Origin: an uncultured Candidatus Saccharibacteria bacterium
Lineage (GTDB): Bacteria > Patescibacteriota > Minisyncoccia > Phycocordibacterales > SBAW01
Reading direction: 5' to 3'
Length of the DNA stretch: 64,000 bases
NCBI GenBank assembly: GCA_964650645.1
Contig: CAZYUH010000001.1
Location: forward strand, 475,099-539,098
The number at the start of each line of letters is the position of its first letter. The stretch's first letter is position 1. The position numbers were made by a program, and so were the translations under genes. The notes below the pieces were generated by a model. It ran no database searches. It was not told the origin of the DNA and saw only the letters and a program-made list of their open reading frames with translations. This document shows positions 1 through 10,526 of the stretch, piece after piece.

Positions 1-386
1 AGCTCGCTTAACAAATGCGGGGGAATCGCCGGCTCGCCGCTCCTGGGGTCGCTGTTGTATTTTTCATGTTGTATGCCAAGCTCATTGAGCGGATAAAACC
101 ACCAAAGGTTCCTGGCTTCCTCGATAAACTCCGGGTTGACATCGAAATTATCGCGATAGCCCTTCTCTGCGAGAAAGCACATCTCGCTCGCGGGTATGCG
201 CCAATCGCAATCGGTTATCGCTTTGGCTATCTTTTCAAGGTTCTCTTCGAAACGCGGGCGGGTGAGGAACGCGAGCACCTCCTCATTTCCTCCTCGCTCC
301 CGTATTTTCTTAATGAAGAGTTCGAGCAATCTCATGCCCATACCCATGCCGCGCACCATCGTTCCAACTTCCGTTCTTCTGGCCAT
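1..386 (-). CDS. Hypothetical protein, 3' end runs off the window (MARRTEVGTMVRGMG...)
   Basis: Translated by hand: ATG at 386 preceded by AGGAGG (392-397); frame stays open to position 1. Not in the supplied ORF track. Confidence 0.7.
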   Translation of the reverse strand, partial: MARRTEVGTMVRGMGMGMRLLELFIKKIRERGGNEEVLAFLTRPRFEENLEKIAKAITDCDWRIPASEMCFLAEKGYRDNFDVNPEFIEEARNLWWFYPLNELGIQHEKYNSDPRSGEPAIPPHLLSE

Positions 387-493
387 TATGGCCTCCTGTG
401 CGCCCATCCTGCCTCCCCAATGGAGACGCTCGGGTCTGTTGAAATTATACTATTTTTAAAAAATTAGTCAAGCATCAAGAATGCTTTTTTTTG

Positions 494-1180
494 CTAGCGA
501 GCACCCGTCGTCGTCGCCTGCGTGGAGGAAGCGAGGGTCTCGAGCTCTGGGACGAGTTCCTGCACTTCGGCAAGGTTCTTGAAGCCGTAGACCGGCGCGT
601 GGCCGCCGACAACCATGGAGGGCAGCCTGCTGCCGTCCACCTTGTTGAGGTGTATGAGGGTCTTGAGCGCGCCGAGGTCGAGGTTGTAATCGAAGGAGTA
701 TACGCGAAGCGTGGGGTAGGTCTGGCGCAGGTAGGTGAGCACGTCGCCCTGGCGGCCGCAGTCCGTGCAGTCGCCCTCGTTGGAGTAGAAATAGAGTATG
801 AAGACGGGCTTCACCTTGGGGCACTTCTCGCTTATCTGGCGCATGAGGAGGTAGTCCTTCATCTGCAGGAGCGAGTACTGCTTCTTTATCTGTATCACTT
901 CCGCGTTGTCGATGCCCAGGTTCTGCTCGGCGACGCTGAGCCGGCCGGCGAGGTTGTTGAGCTCCTCGGAGAGGACCGGGTTCTGCGATATGGCGGCGCA
1001 GTCGAGGTTACCCAAAAGCTCGAACTGCGTCTCGGTCGAGAGGATGTCCACGGAAATCGCCTCCTGCGTGGTGCGGATGTCGGCCAGGCGCCTGGCGTCG
1101 AGCCTGGTCGTCAGGTAGAAAGCCGTGCCGAATATGGCGACCGTGATGATGAATGATAGGAGGTATTTTTGCCAGGCCAT
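494..1180 (-). CDS. Membrane-anchored protein with C-terminal thioredoxin-like CxxC domain
   Basis: N-terminal TM (MAWQKYLLSFIITVAIF), helical middle, ILYFYS..CTDC motif; follows the GT2 gene on the same strand. Start reassigned to ATG 1180. Confidence 0.7.
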   Translation of the reverse strand: MAWQKYLLSFIITVAIFGTAFYLTTRLDARRLADIRTTQEAISVDILSTETQFELLGNLDCAAISQNPVLSEELNNLAGRLSVAEQNLGIDNAEVIQIKKQYSLLQMKDYLLMRQISEKCPKVKPVFILYFYSNEGDCTDCGRQGDVLTYLRQTYPTLRVYSFDYNLDLGALKTLIHLNKVDGSRLPSMVVGGHAPVYGFKNLAEVQELVPELETLASSTQATTTGAR

Positions 1181-1196
1181 AGCGTTTAAGGGCGTA

Positions 1197-2432
1197 TTAG
1201 GTGAGCCACCCGCGCTCGCGGGACAGCGCCGCGTCCCACGCGGCGCGCGCGAGCCACATCGGCGCCAAAAGCCCGAAGAGGAAGAAATAGGAGACAAGGT
1301 GCTTGGCGTCGAGCCGGCTGCCGGCGATGCGCTGGCCCAGAAGGACCGCGACGAGGGTCATGAGGAACATGACGACCATCAGGAAGAGCATCATGCCCGT
1401 GTTGAGGTAGAACCAGTCGAACTGGAAGTGCGGCAGGCGGGGCGGTATGCCGGTCAGGTAGTAGTTCGCCGCCTTTTCAATGCCGGCGCTCGCGAGATGG
1501 TAGGCGAGGTAGCACGCGCTGTAGAGGCCCATCGCGAAGGCCGCGAGCCCGAAGGGCAATACCAGCATCCCGAAGTTCCCGTACTTGCGGTTGAAGTACA
1601 TGTGCGCGTAGTCGCGCGAGTTCTCGAGGAATCCGCGCGACCAGCGGGTGCGCTGGCGTATGAGCGCCGGCACCGTGGTGGGCACGTTGGTGTGCACGAG
1701 CGCCGTGTGCACGTTCACCAGCTTGAGCCCGTGCATGTGCATGCGGAAGGCCATCTCCATGTCTTCCGTATGGTGCGCGCGGCGGAAGGGACCCACGATA
1801 TCAAAGAGCGCGCGCCGGTAGATGGAGAACGGCCCGGGCAGGACCGATATCGCGTTCATGTTGTCGAACATCTTCTTGTAGAAGATGCCGAAGGTGTACT
1901 CGACCGCCTGCATGAGCTCGAGCATGGTGCGCGGCTGGTTGACCTTCATGGAAGGGGCGGCGGCGTACGCCTCCGGGTCGGCCTCGAACGCCTTTACCAT
2001 CTCTATGAGGGCGTCCTTCTCCACGAACGAGTCGGCGTCGAGGCAGCCCACGAGCTCCGAGTCGGTGTGCGCGAGCCCGAAGTTGAGCGCCGAGAACTTG
2101 CTGCCCTCGTTCTCCTTCCGGTAGAGCTTCACCTGCGGGTTGCTCGCGAACTCCTGCGCGGCCTCCCACGTGTTGTCGGTCGAGCCGTCGTCGATGATGA
2201 CGATGGAAAGCTTGTCCTTGGGGTAGTCAAGCTGGAGGAGTGAATGGATGGTGGGGGCGAGCGTCGCGCCCTTGTTCCAGCAGGGCACCAATACGGCCAC
2301 GGTGGGGTAGCGCTTGGGGAGGCCGGGGGACTTCACCTCGGGGCGCTTCTCGAAGAAGGAAATGAGCAGAAACACCTCGAAGAAGAGGGCGAAAAAGAGG
2401 GCTGCATATACGCCGAGGGCGCCCGCATCCAT
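1197..2432 (-). CDS. GT2 processive glycosyltransferase (cellulose synthase/PgaC-like)
   Basis: DDGSTD, DAD, TED and QRTRW (QxxRW) motifs; N- and C-terminal TM helices. Confidence 0.9.
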   Translation of the reverse strand: MDAGALGVYAALFFALFFEVFLLISFFEKRPEVKSPGLPKRYPTVAVLVPCWNKGATLAPTIHSLLQLDYPKDKLSIVIIDDGSTDNTWEAAQEFASNPQVKLYRKENEGSKFSALNFGLAHTDSELVGCLDADSFVEKDALIEMVKAFEADPEAYAAAPSMKVNQPRTMLELMQAVEYTFGIFYKKMFDNMNAISVLPGPFSIYRRALFDIVGPFRRAHHTEDMEMAFRMHMHGLKLVNVHTALVHTNVPTTVPALIRQRTRWSRGFLENSRDYAHMYFNRKYGNFGMLVLPFGLAAFAMGLYSACYLAYHLASAGIEKAANYYLTGIPPRLPHFQFDWFYLNTGMMLFLMVVMFLMTLVAVLLGQRIAGSRLDAKHLVSYFFLFGLLAPMWLARAAWDAALSRERGWLT

Positions 2433-2485
2433 AACCGCCCCACTATAGCATTTTTCGCCCACTTAGGCCATACTTTGGTGGATAT

Positions 2486-3247
2486 ATGCAAGAGCAGACG
2501 CCCGATACCCCGCCGGCCGCAGAACGGGGCCACATCCACCCTATTTCAAGCCTCATCCGGGAGGCCAATCGTATCTTTTTTAACATGGGCTTCACGCTCG
2601 TTGACGGCCCGCTTATAGAAAGCGAGCATTACAACTTCGACGCGCTCAACGTGCCCAAGGACCATCCGGCGCGCGACATGCAGGACACGTTCTTCGTAAA
2701 GGACATGCCCGGGCACGTGCTGCGTACCCATACCTCGGGCCTGCAGATACGCTATATGACCGAGCAGATGCGCAAAGGTGTACTGCCGCCGTACCGCGTC
2801 ATCGCGCCGGGCAAGGTGTTTCGCAATGAGGCGACAGACATGACGCACGAGGCCGAGTTCTTCCAGATAGAAGGCCTTGCCGTGGGGGAGGACATAAGCC
2901 TCGCGCACCTGAAGGGCACGCTCTCCAAATTCTGCAGCGAGATATTCAAGGGTTCCGCGGAGATACGCTTCCGCCCGTCGTTCTTCCCCTTCACCGAGCC
3001 CAGCATCGAGTTCGACGTCCGCGCGGTAGGGGATGACGTTCCGGAGAAGCTGCGCGGCAGGTGGATAGAGCTTGGCGGCGCGGGCATGATACACCCCAAA
3101 GTGCTCGAGGCGTGCGGCGTGGACTCGAAAAAGTACCGGGGATGGGCCTTCGGTCCCGGCCTCGACCGCTTCGCCATGCTCAGGTGGGGCATTGATGACG
3201 TGCGCCTGATGCACTCGGCCGACCTGCGCTTCATCAACCAGTTCTAA
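2486..3247 (+). CDS. pheS: Phenylalanine-tRNA ligase alpha subunit (catalytic core only)
   Basis: GHIHP, NFDALN..HPARDMQDTF, LRTHTS, FRPSFFPFTEPS, WIELGGAGMIHP. Confidence 0.97.
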   Translation: MQEQTPDTPPAAERGHIHPISSLIREANRIFFNMGFTLVDGPLIESEHYNFDALNVPKDHPARDMQDTFFVKDMPGHVLRTHTSGLQIRYMTEQMRKGVLPPYRVIAPGKVFRNEATDMTHEAEFFQIEGLAVGEDISLAHLKGTLSKFCSEIFKGSAEIRFRPSFFPFTEPSIEFDVRAVGDDVPEKLRGRWIELGGAGMIHPKVLEACGVDSKKYRGWAFGPGLDRFAMLRWGIDDVRLMHSADLRFINQF

Positions 3248-3250
3248 ATT

Positions 3251-5032
3251 ATGAAAGTATCCCGCAATTGGCTCCAGAAATTCTTCGATGAACCGCTGCC
3301 CGACGCGCAGGCGCTGTCCGATGCGCTCACGTTCCACGTATTCGAGATAGACGGGATAGAAAAGCGCGGCGACGACGACATTCTCGACGTCAAGGTAACG
3401 GCCAACCGCGGGCACGACTGCCTGTGCCACCGCGGAATCGCCAAGGAGCTCTCGGCCATCCTCAGGCTGCCTCTCAAGGACGACCCGTTCGCGCTGCAGT
3501 TCGACATGTCGAAGAAGGCGGAAGCGGTGACCCTCAGCATAGAAGATCCGGCGCTGTGCCGCCGCTACATTGCCGGGCATTTCACCGGCGTGAAGGTGGG
3601 CCCGAGTCCCGCGTGGCTCTCGCAGGCGCTCGAGGCGATGGGCCAGCGAAGCGTCAACAACGTGGTGGACATGACCAATCTCGTGATGTTCAACACGGGC
3701 CAGCCGCTGCACGCGTTCGACGCCAAGCGCCTCGGCTCTCTAAATATCGGCGTGCGCGCCGCGCGCGAGGGTGAATCGCTTGAAGCTTTGGATAAAAAGA
3801 CATACGAGCTTAATTCTTCGCAGCTGGTCATTGCCGCGGCCGGCAGGCCGGTGGGCATCGCGGGCGTCAAGGGCGGCGAGGCCGACAGGATAGACGAGAG
3901 CACGACAGATGTCATCATCGAGGCGGCGACCTTTGACGGCGTCGCCGTGCGCCGGGCGGCCCAGGCGCTCAAGCTGCGCACCGACGCCTCGAGCAGGTTC
4001 GAGCAGGGACTAAGCCCGTACCTGGCCGAGGTCGGCATGCGCCAGATGGCCAAGCTGCTCGTGGATCTTGCCGGCGCTACGTGCGAGGGCTTCGTCGATA
4101 TGTATCCCGATCCGCAGAAGCAGGCGTACGTCGCGGTCACGGTCGAGAAGATAAACGCGGTGCTGGGCACGGCGCTTACCGGCGCGGATATTGCGGACGC
4201 GTTCGCGCGCCTGGGCTTTGCATACAAGGAAGAAGACGGCGTGTTCGAGGTCCAGCCGCCGCCCGAGCGCCTCGATATAACGATCGCCGAAGACCTTATA
4301 GAAGAAGTGGCGCGCATCGTCGGCTACGACAAGATTCCGGCAATCCCGCTGCCTGCGCCCGCCGCGGCGCCGGAAATAAGCAAGAACTTTTACGCGGCGG
4401 AAAAGGCCCGCGAGGAGTGGACGGCCAAGGGCTACAGCGAGGTGTTCACGTCCGTGTTCGCCGACCGCGGCGAGCGCGTCGTGCTCAACAAGGTGGACGG
4501 CGTGCGCCCGTACTTGCGCGACTCGCTCATCCCGGGGCTTACCGCCGCGCTCGCAAAAAACAAGCCCAACCGCGACCTCCTGGGCCTTAAGGAAATAAGG
4601 CTGTTTGAAATCGGCACGGTCTGGAAGGGTGGCAAGGAAGCCGTGATGCTCGGCACGGTGAGCGAGAAGGAGAAAGCGGCCGAGGTGCCGCTGGTCGGGG
4701 CCGAAACCCCCGAAGCGTACGACGACCTCCCGCTCTCGCAGGCGGCGCGCTACAGCGCCTTCTCGAAGTACCCCTGCATCGTGCGCGACATCGCCGTGTG
4801 GGTCCCGCCCGACACCAGCGCCGAGGCGTTCAAAGAGAACGTGCGGGCCGAGGCGGGCGAATTGCTTCAAAATATATTCCTGTTCGACACGTTTTCAAAA
4901 GAGGGGAGGGTGTCGCTCGCGCTGCGCCTGGTGTTCCAGTCGTTCGAGCGCACGCTCACCGAGGCAGAGGCGAATGCCGCGATGGAGAGGGTCGCGTCAA
5001 AGCTCAGGGCGCAGGGTTTCGAAATACGATAA
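3251..5032 (+). CDS. pheT: Phenylalanine-tRNA ligase beta subunit (shortened)
   Basis: MKVSRNWL, TANRGHDCL, GQPLHAFD, RTDASSRFE, DLIEEVAR, C-terminal anticodon-binding domain (FQSFERTL); adjacent to pheS. Confidence 0.95.
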   Translation: MKVSRNWLQKFFDEPLPDAQALSDALTFHVFEIDGIEKRGDDDILDVKVTANRGHDCLCHRGIAKELSAILRLPLKDDPFALQFDMSKKAEAVTLSIEDPALCRRYIAGHFTGVKVGPSPAWLSQALEAMGQRSVNNVVDMTNLVMFNTGQPLHAFDAKRLGSLNIGVRAAREGESLEALDKKTYELNSSQLVIAAAGRPVGIAGVKGGEADRIDESTTDVIIEAATFDGVAVRRAAQALKLRTDASSRFEQGLSPYLAEVGMRQMAKLLVDLAGATCEGFVDMYPDPQKQAYVAVTVEKINAVLGTALTGADIADAFARLGFAYKEEDGVFEVQPPPERLDITIAEDLIEEVARIVGYDKIPAIPLPAPAAAPEISKNFYAAEKAREEWTAKGYSEVFTSVFADRGERVVLNKVDGVRPYLRDSLIPGLTAALAKNKPNRDLLGLKEIRLFEIGTVWKGGKEAVMLGTVSEKEKAAEVPLVGAETPEAYDDLPLSQAARYSAFSKYPCIVRDIAVWVPPDTSAEAFKENVRAEAGELLQNIFLFDTFSKEGRVSLALRLVFQSFERTLTEAEANAAMERVASKLRAQGFEIR

Positions 5033-5038
5033 GTAAGG

Positions 5039-5069
5039 AATCCCCGGACCTGTCAGGTCCGGGGATTTT
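5039..5069. terminator. Intrinsic terminator between pheT and the convergent gene
   Basis: aatccccggacct-gtc-aggtccggggatt hairpin followed by T's. Confidence 0.8.
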
Positions 5070-5080
5070 CTCGGCCGCCC

Positions 5081-5536
5081 TTACGAACAGGGGCGGTACA
5101 TGCTCCTCAGGCTCTCTCCCTTAAGCCATAGCAGTTTGCCGCCCGGAGGCGGAAGCCCGCCGCGGGCGTATATCCAGCGCCGCACGGGCGCGGGATACAG
5201 GTCAAGCAGGAAGGCTGTCGCCTCGGCGTCGGGAACGGAGACCGCTGCGCCGTACTGGGCCCGGCCTTCCCTCCATGCCTGGTGGAAGCCGAGCCTCGCC
5301 CGGGGCGTGACGCATATGCGATCCTGCGGCATGATGCCCAGGACGATGGTGCATGCCGATTTGCATGAGCCGTCTATCATCACCGCCTTGCCCGAGTTTC
5401 GAACGGCCTCGTATTTCTCAACGTAGTCGCCTATGCGCCCTCCGTCGTCACCGGCTATTACCGTTACGAAGCGGGCCTCGGCCGCCAGTGGAAATGAACC
5501 AAGCAGGCACAGCGCGAGCGCGAGCCTCTGCAGCAT
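5081..5536 (-). CDS. Secreted hypothetical protein, possible ClpP/crotonase-like fold
   Basis: AGGAG SD, signal peptide MLQRLALALCLLG..AEA, motifs DDGG, IDGSCKSACT, LGFHQA. Real start lies inside the supplied 5081..6310 ORF. Confidence 0.75.
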   Translation of the reverse strand: MLQRLALALCLLGSFPLAAEARFVTVIAGDDGGRIGDYVEKYEAVRNSGKAVMIDGSCKSACTIVLGIMPQDRICVTPRARLGFHQAWREGRAQYGAAVSVPDAEATAFLLDLYPAPVRRWIYARGGLPPPGGKLLWLKGESLRSMYRPCS

Positions 5537-5652
5537 GTCTCTACTCCTGTTATGAAGGGTCCGATCCTGCAAAAACCATAGCATATGCCCGCGTTCGCGC
5601 AAAAAAGAATCCCCGGGCCTTTCGGTCCGGGGATGCGCCGCTCGTCTTGGGG

Positions 5653-6231
5653 CTATTGTTCGGGGATGATTTCCTCTCCGTCGTATATGAGCACCGTGTA
5701 GCTTCCGCGCGGCGTGACGCACGTGATGATAGGGTCGGGCCCTATGGTCTTGATAGTAAACGAGCTGTCCGGAATGGCCGCGCGTATCCGCAGGAGCAGG
5801 TCGCGCGCGAAGTCCGGCACGCGGCGCTCTTCGCGCCTTTCGATGTACGTCCCGTCGCTCTCGAGCCGGTGCGTAGCCCATTCCGATGAGGGGCGGCACA
5901 GCGTGCGGCCCAGGAGCGTGAACGCGAGCGCCGGCATCGCTGCGGCGGACAGGATCGTGACGCATACGAGGGCCATGCTGTCCCCGTATCCTCCAAGAGC
6001 CGCTTCTCCCGCCGCAACGGTTAAGCAGAATACGGCGACCGATGCGAAGAAACGTATGGTGTCTGACCATGCATCGCCCATGCGCCGCGCGATGAGGCCC
6101 GGCGGGTGCTTGAGAAGCTCGGCGTCCATATAGCGCTGCACGTATCCGTCGTCGTATATGCATGCTCCGGCCGCCTCTAAGAGGGTTGCGTCGCTTGCAC
6201 GGTCTTCCTTGCGGTACCCGGGCTGGGTCAT
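5653..6231 (-). CDS. Hypothetical membrane protein (2 TM)
   Basis: AGGAG upstream of ATG, two hydrophobic segments, hairpin/T-tract downstream. Confidence 0.65.
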   Translation of the reverse strand: MTQPGYRKEDRASDATLLEAAGACIYDDGYVQRYMDAELLKHPPGLIARRMGDAWSDTIRFFASVAVFCLTVAAGEAALGGYGDSMALVCVTILSAAAMPALAFTLLGRTLCRPSSEWATHRLESDGTYIERREERRVPDFARDLLLRIRAAIPDSSFTIKTIGPDPIITCVTPRGSYTVLIYDGEEIIPEQ

Positions 6232-6411
6232 CAGTCGCTCCTATGTTTTGGGGTGTGTCCGGACCCACCATAGCACGGCGCGCTGCGCGCGCAATGCGCG
6301 GCGCCGCCACGGCCTATCCAAGCGCTTTTTATTTGACCATAAAAGCCTTATATAGCAAGGCTTTTTGCGCACCGCCGTCCGTGCAGAGGGGCTCGGAATT
6401 TGGTATACTAA

Positions 6412-8484
<2,073 letters not shown>

Positions 8485-8592
8485 CTCCGTAAAAGCAAGC
8501 GTTCCGGAGTGCGGGAATTTTTTGCTAAAAATTCCCTAACCTCGATTCCGTCGAATCTACGGACACTCCGGAACGCTTGCTTTTGCTCCGTA
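8485..8592 (+). repeat. Branched palindromic element, copy A (after gyrB stop)
   Basis: 21-bp perfect arms 8491-8511/8564-8584 enclosing hairpin gggaattttt/aaaaattccc and core ctaacctc...ctacgga; flanked by ctccgta on both sides. Confidence 0.85.
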
Positions 8593-8594
8593 CC

Positions 8595-8627
8595 AAAAAA
8601 CTCCCCGGATATTCCGGGGAGTTTTTT
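8595..8627. terminator. Bidirectional intrinsic terminator
   Basis: aaaaaactccccgga-tat-tccggggagtttttt between convergent genes. Confidence 0.9.
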
Positions 8628-8654
8628 GCATAGCGTATGTTATTCCGCGAAGCC

Positions 8655-9620
8655 CTAGAACACCTGGTAGGTCGTAACCGCGGTGTTGTTGTAGTCGCTC
8701 GACTCCTGCACCTGGTTCATGGGGTCGACCTCGATGGTCGCCTGGGCCTGGCCGCCGTAGTAGCCGCCCTGCGCCGGCACGACGTCGTAGCCGAGCGTGT
8801 AGACTATCCTGTCGCCCGGGTAGAGCATCTGCTGGCCGCCCGAAGGATAGACGTAGAGGGGCTGGTAGGGAAGCACGGCGTTGAAGGTCCAGCCCGCGGG
8901 CGCCGCGTTGGTGCCGATGTTGGTGATGACGAACTGGAGGCTGATGCGCGAGCCCGCCTGCGCCTGCGTCGGAGCGGCGGTAATCTGCACCGCGAGGTCG
9001 GGCGCGCCGTAAAGATTCTGGGTGCGGCCCGACGGGACGTAAGTCGTCGCGGGCTTGGCGGGCGTCACCGGCTTTGCAGCGGGGGCGGCCGGCTTGGGCT
9101 CGGCGGGCGCGGCCGGGGCGGCTGCGGGCGTGGTGCTCGCGCTCACGGTCGTCTTCGCCGTCCCTTTTACCGCTATGGTGCCGTCGGAGAGGCGGGTCGC
9201 GGCGACGGTAAGCGTGGTCGACGCCTCCTTAACGCCCGGCGCGAGCACGGGGATTATCGGCATGGACGAGGTCGCGTTCACGTAATTGAACGGCGTGTCG
9301 CACTTCACGAGCTGGAAGGCGCCGGTAGGGACGGGCGCGGCGAACGCGAGGCCCGGGGAGCAGGCGTAGGAAACGGCGTACGAGTACTCGCCGTCCTTGC
9401 CCGCATGCTTCCATGAAAGAGGGAACGCCTTGTCGGATACCGACTGCGCGGGGGCGGACGCGGTCAGGGTCTCCTTGGTCTGGCCGATGGAGCCGAAGAA
9501 CGTGGGGAGGTAGAACGCGAGCTGGATAATGCCCCATGCGCCCAGCAATAAAATAGCTATCAGGCCGATGACGGCTATGACGCGCAGGAAGTTCTCCCGG
9601 AACGTAGGTGTGGGTGCCAT
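8655..9620 (-). CDS. Membrane-anchored surface protein with Pro/Ala linker and C-terminal CARDB/Ig-like domain
   Basis: N-terminal TM, PAAAPAAP linker, PDLAV..TNIG..VDPMNQVQESSDYNN (CARDB-type ending). Start reassigned to ATG 9620. Confidence 0.8.
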   Translation of the reverse strand: MAPTPTFRENFLRVIAVIGLIAILLLGAWGIIQLAFYLPTFFGSIGQTKETLTASAPAQSVSDKAFPLSWKHAGKDGEYSYAVSYACSPGLAFAAPVPTGAFQLVKCDTPFNYVNATSSMPIIPVLAPGVKEASTTLTVAATRLSDGTIAVKGTAKTTVSASTTPAAAPAAPAEPKPAAPAAKPVTPAKPATTYVPSGRTQNLYGAPDLAVQITAAPTQAQAGSRISLQFVITNIGTNAAPAGWTFNAVLPYQPLYVYPSGGQQMLYPGDRIVYTLGYDVVPAQGGYYGGQAQATIEVDPMNQVQESSDYNNTAVTTYQVF

Positions 9621-9695
9621 GGGCGGCACTGTAGCATGGCCGTATGCTCTTGTCAATAATCGTAAAAAGTGGTATAACGCTGGTACACACACCGT

Positions 9696-10292
9696 ATGCG
9701 CGCCCTCGCTTTCGCCGCCACCTTCATATGCTTCTTCTTCATGACCTACGCCTTTCTGGGGCTGGTCGACGCCCTGCCTAATCCGCCGGAGTCTGCTGAC
9801 ACCGCGTCGCGCGAGCCTGCCAGCGCGCCGGAGCCTGTCGCGCAGGATGCGCGCGAATTGCCGGTGCGCGTCGTGGTAAAGGACGCGGGCATAGACTCCA
9901 AGGTGCTCAACCCGGCCTCGACCGACCTCGATACGCTTAACGCCGCAGTGGACGAGGCGGCGATGCGCTGGCCCACCTCGGGCCTGCTTGGCCAGAACGG
10001 CACCGTGGCGCTCTTCGGCCACTCGTCGCATTTGCCGGTGGTCTACAACCAGGCGTACAAGACGTTCAACGGGATAGAGCACCTCAAGAAGGGCCAGATC
10101 GTGAGCGTCTATTCGGGCACGGCCGAATACCGCTACGCGGTTACGGGCGTGCGCGTCGCCAGCGCCGAGGAGGACGTCGTCGAGCTTCCGTCCGACGGGA
10201 AGCACCTCGTGCTCATCACCTGCGACAATTTCGGCAGCAAGTCCGACCGCTATGTCGTGACCGCGGATTTCCAGGGCGCGTACGCCCTTTAG
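9696..10292 (+). CDS. Sortase
   Basis: N-terminal TM; catalytic triad motifs ALFGHSS, LVLITC, DRYVV. Confidence 0.92.
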   Translation: MRALAFAATFICFFFMTYAFLGLVDALPNPPESADTASREPASAPEPVAQDARELPVRVVVKDAGIDSKVLNPASTDLDTLNAAVDEAAMRWPTSGLLGQNGTVALFGHSSHLPVVYNQAYKTFNGIEHLKKGQIVSVYSGTAEYRYAVTGVRVASAEEDVVELPSDGKHLVLITCDNFGSKSDRYVVTADFQGAYAL

Positions 10293-10334
10293 GCTCTTAA
10301 AATAAGGACATTTTAATCGTCCTGTAGCAAGATA

Positions 10335-10363
10335 TTGACAAAAGGGGTCTAAGGTGATATACT
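10335..10363 (+). promoter_or_regulatory. Sigma70 promoter for the 10527 gene
   Basis: TTGACA (10335-10340), 17-bp spacer, TGn-TATACT (10358-10363). Confidence 0.85.
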
Positions 10364-10371
10364 CAACCTAA

Positions 10372-10500
10372 TACTGCTCTTGGGGATTTTGGGGAGCACG
10401 CGTTGTAGGGGAGCGTTTGGACGGCTGGCAAGCCGTACAGGCGCTTTCCTGTAATGGGAAATGCGCCTTGCCGCGGGGCTTAGCCGCGGATGAATCAGTA
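10372..10500 (+). ncRNA. Putative structured 5' leader RNA
   Basis: Closing tactg/cagta pair around three hairpins; the central 17-bp helix pairs fully only with six G-U wobbles on the + strand. Confidence 0.5.
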
Positions 10501-10526
10501 CTTCAACTCAAAAATAGGAGGGCCGC

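Noticed and set aside
15-467. 150-aa + strand ORF
   Set aside because: The minus-strand frame from 386 has a clear SD and more protein-like composition.
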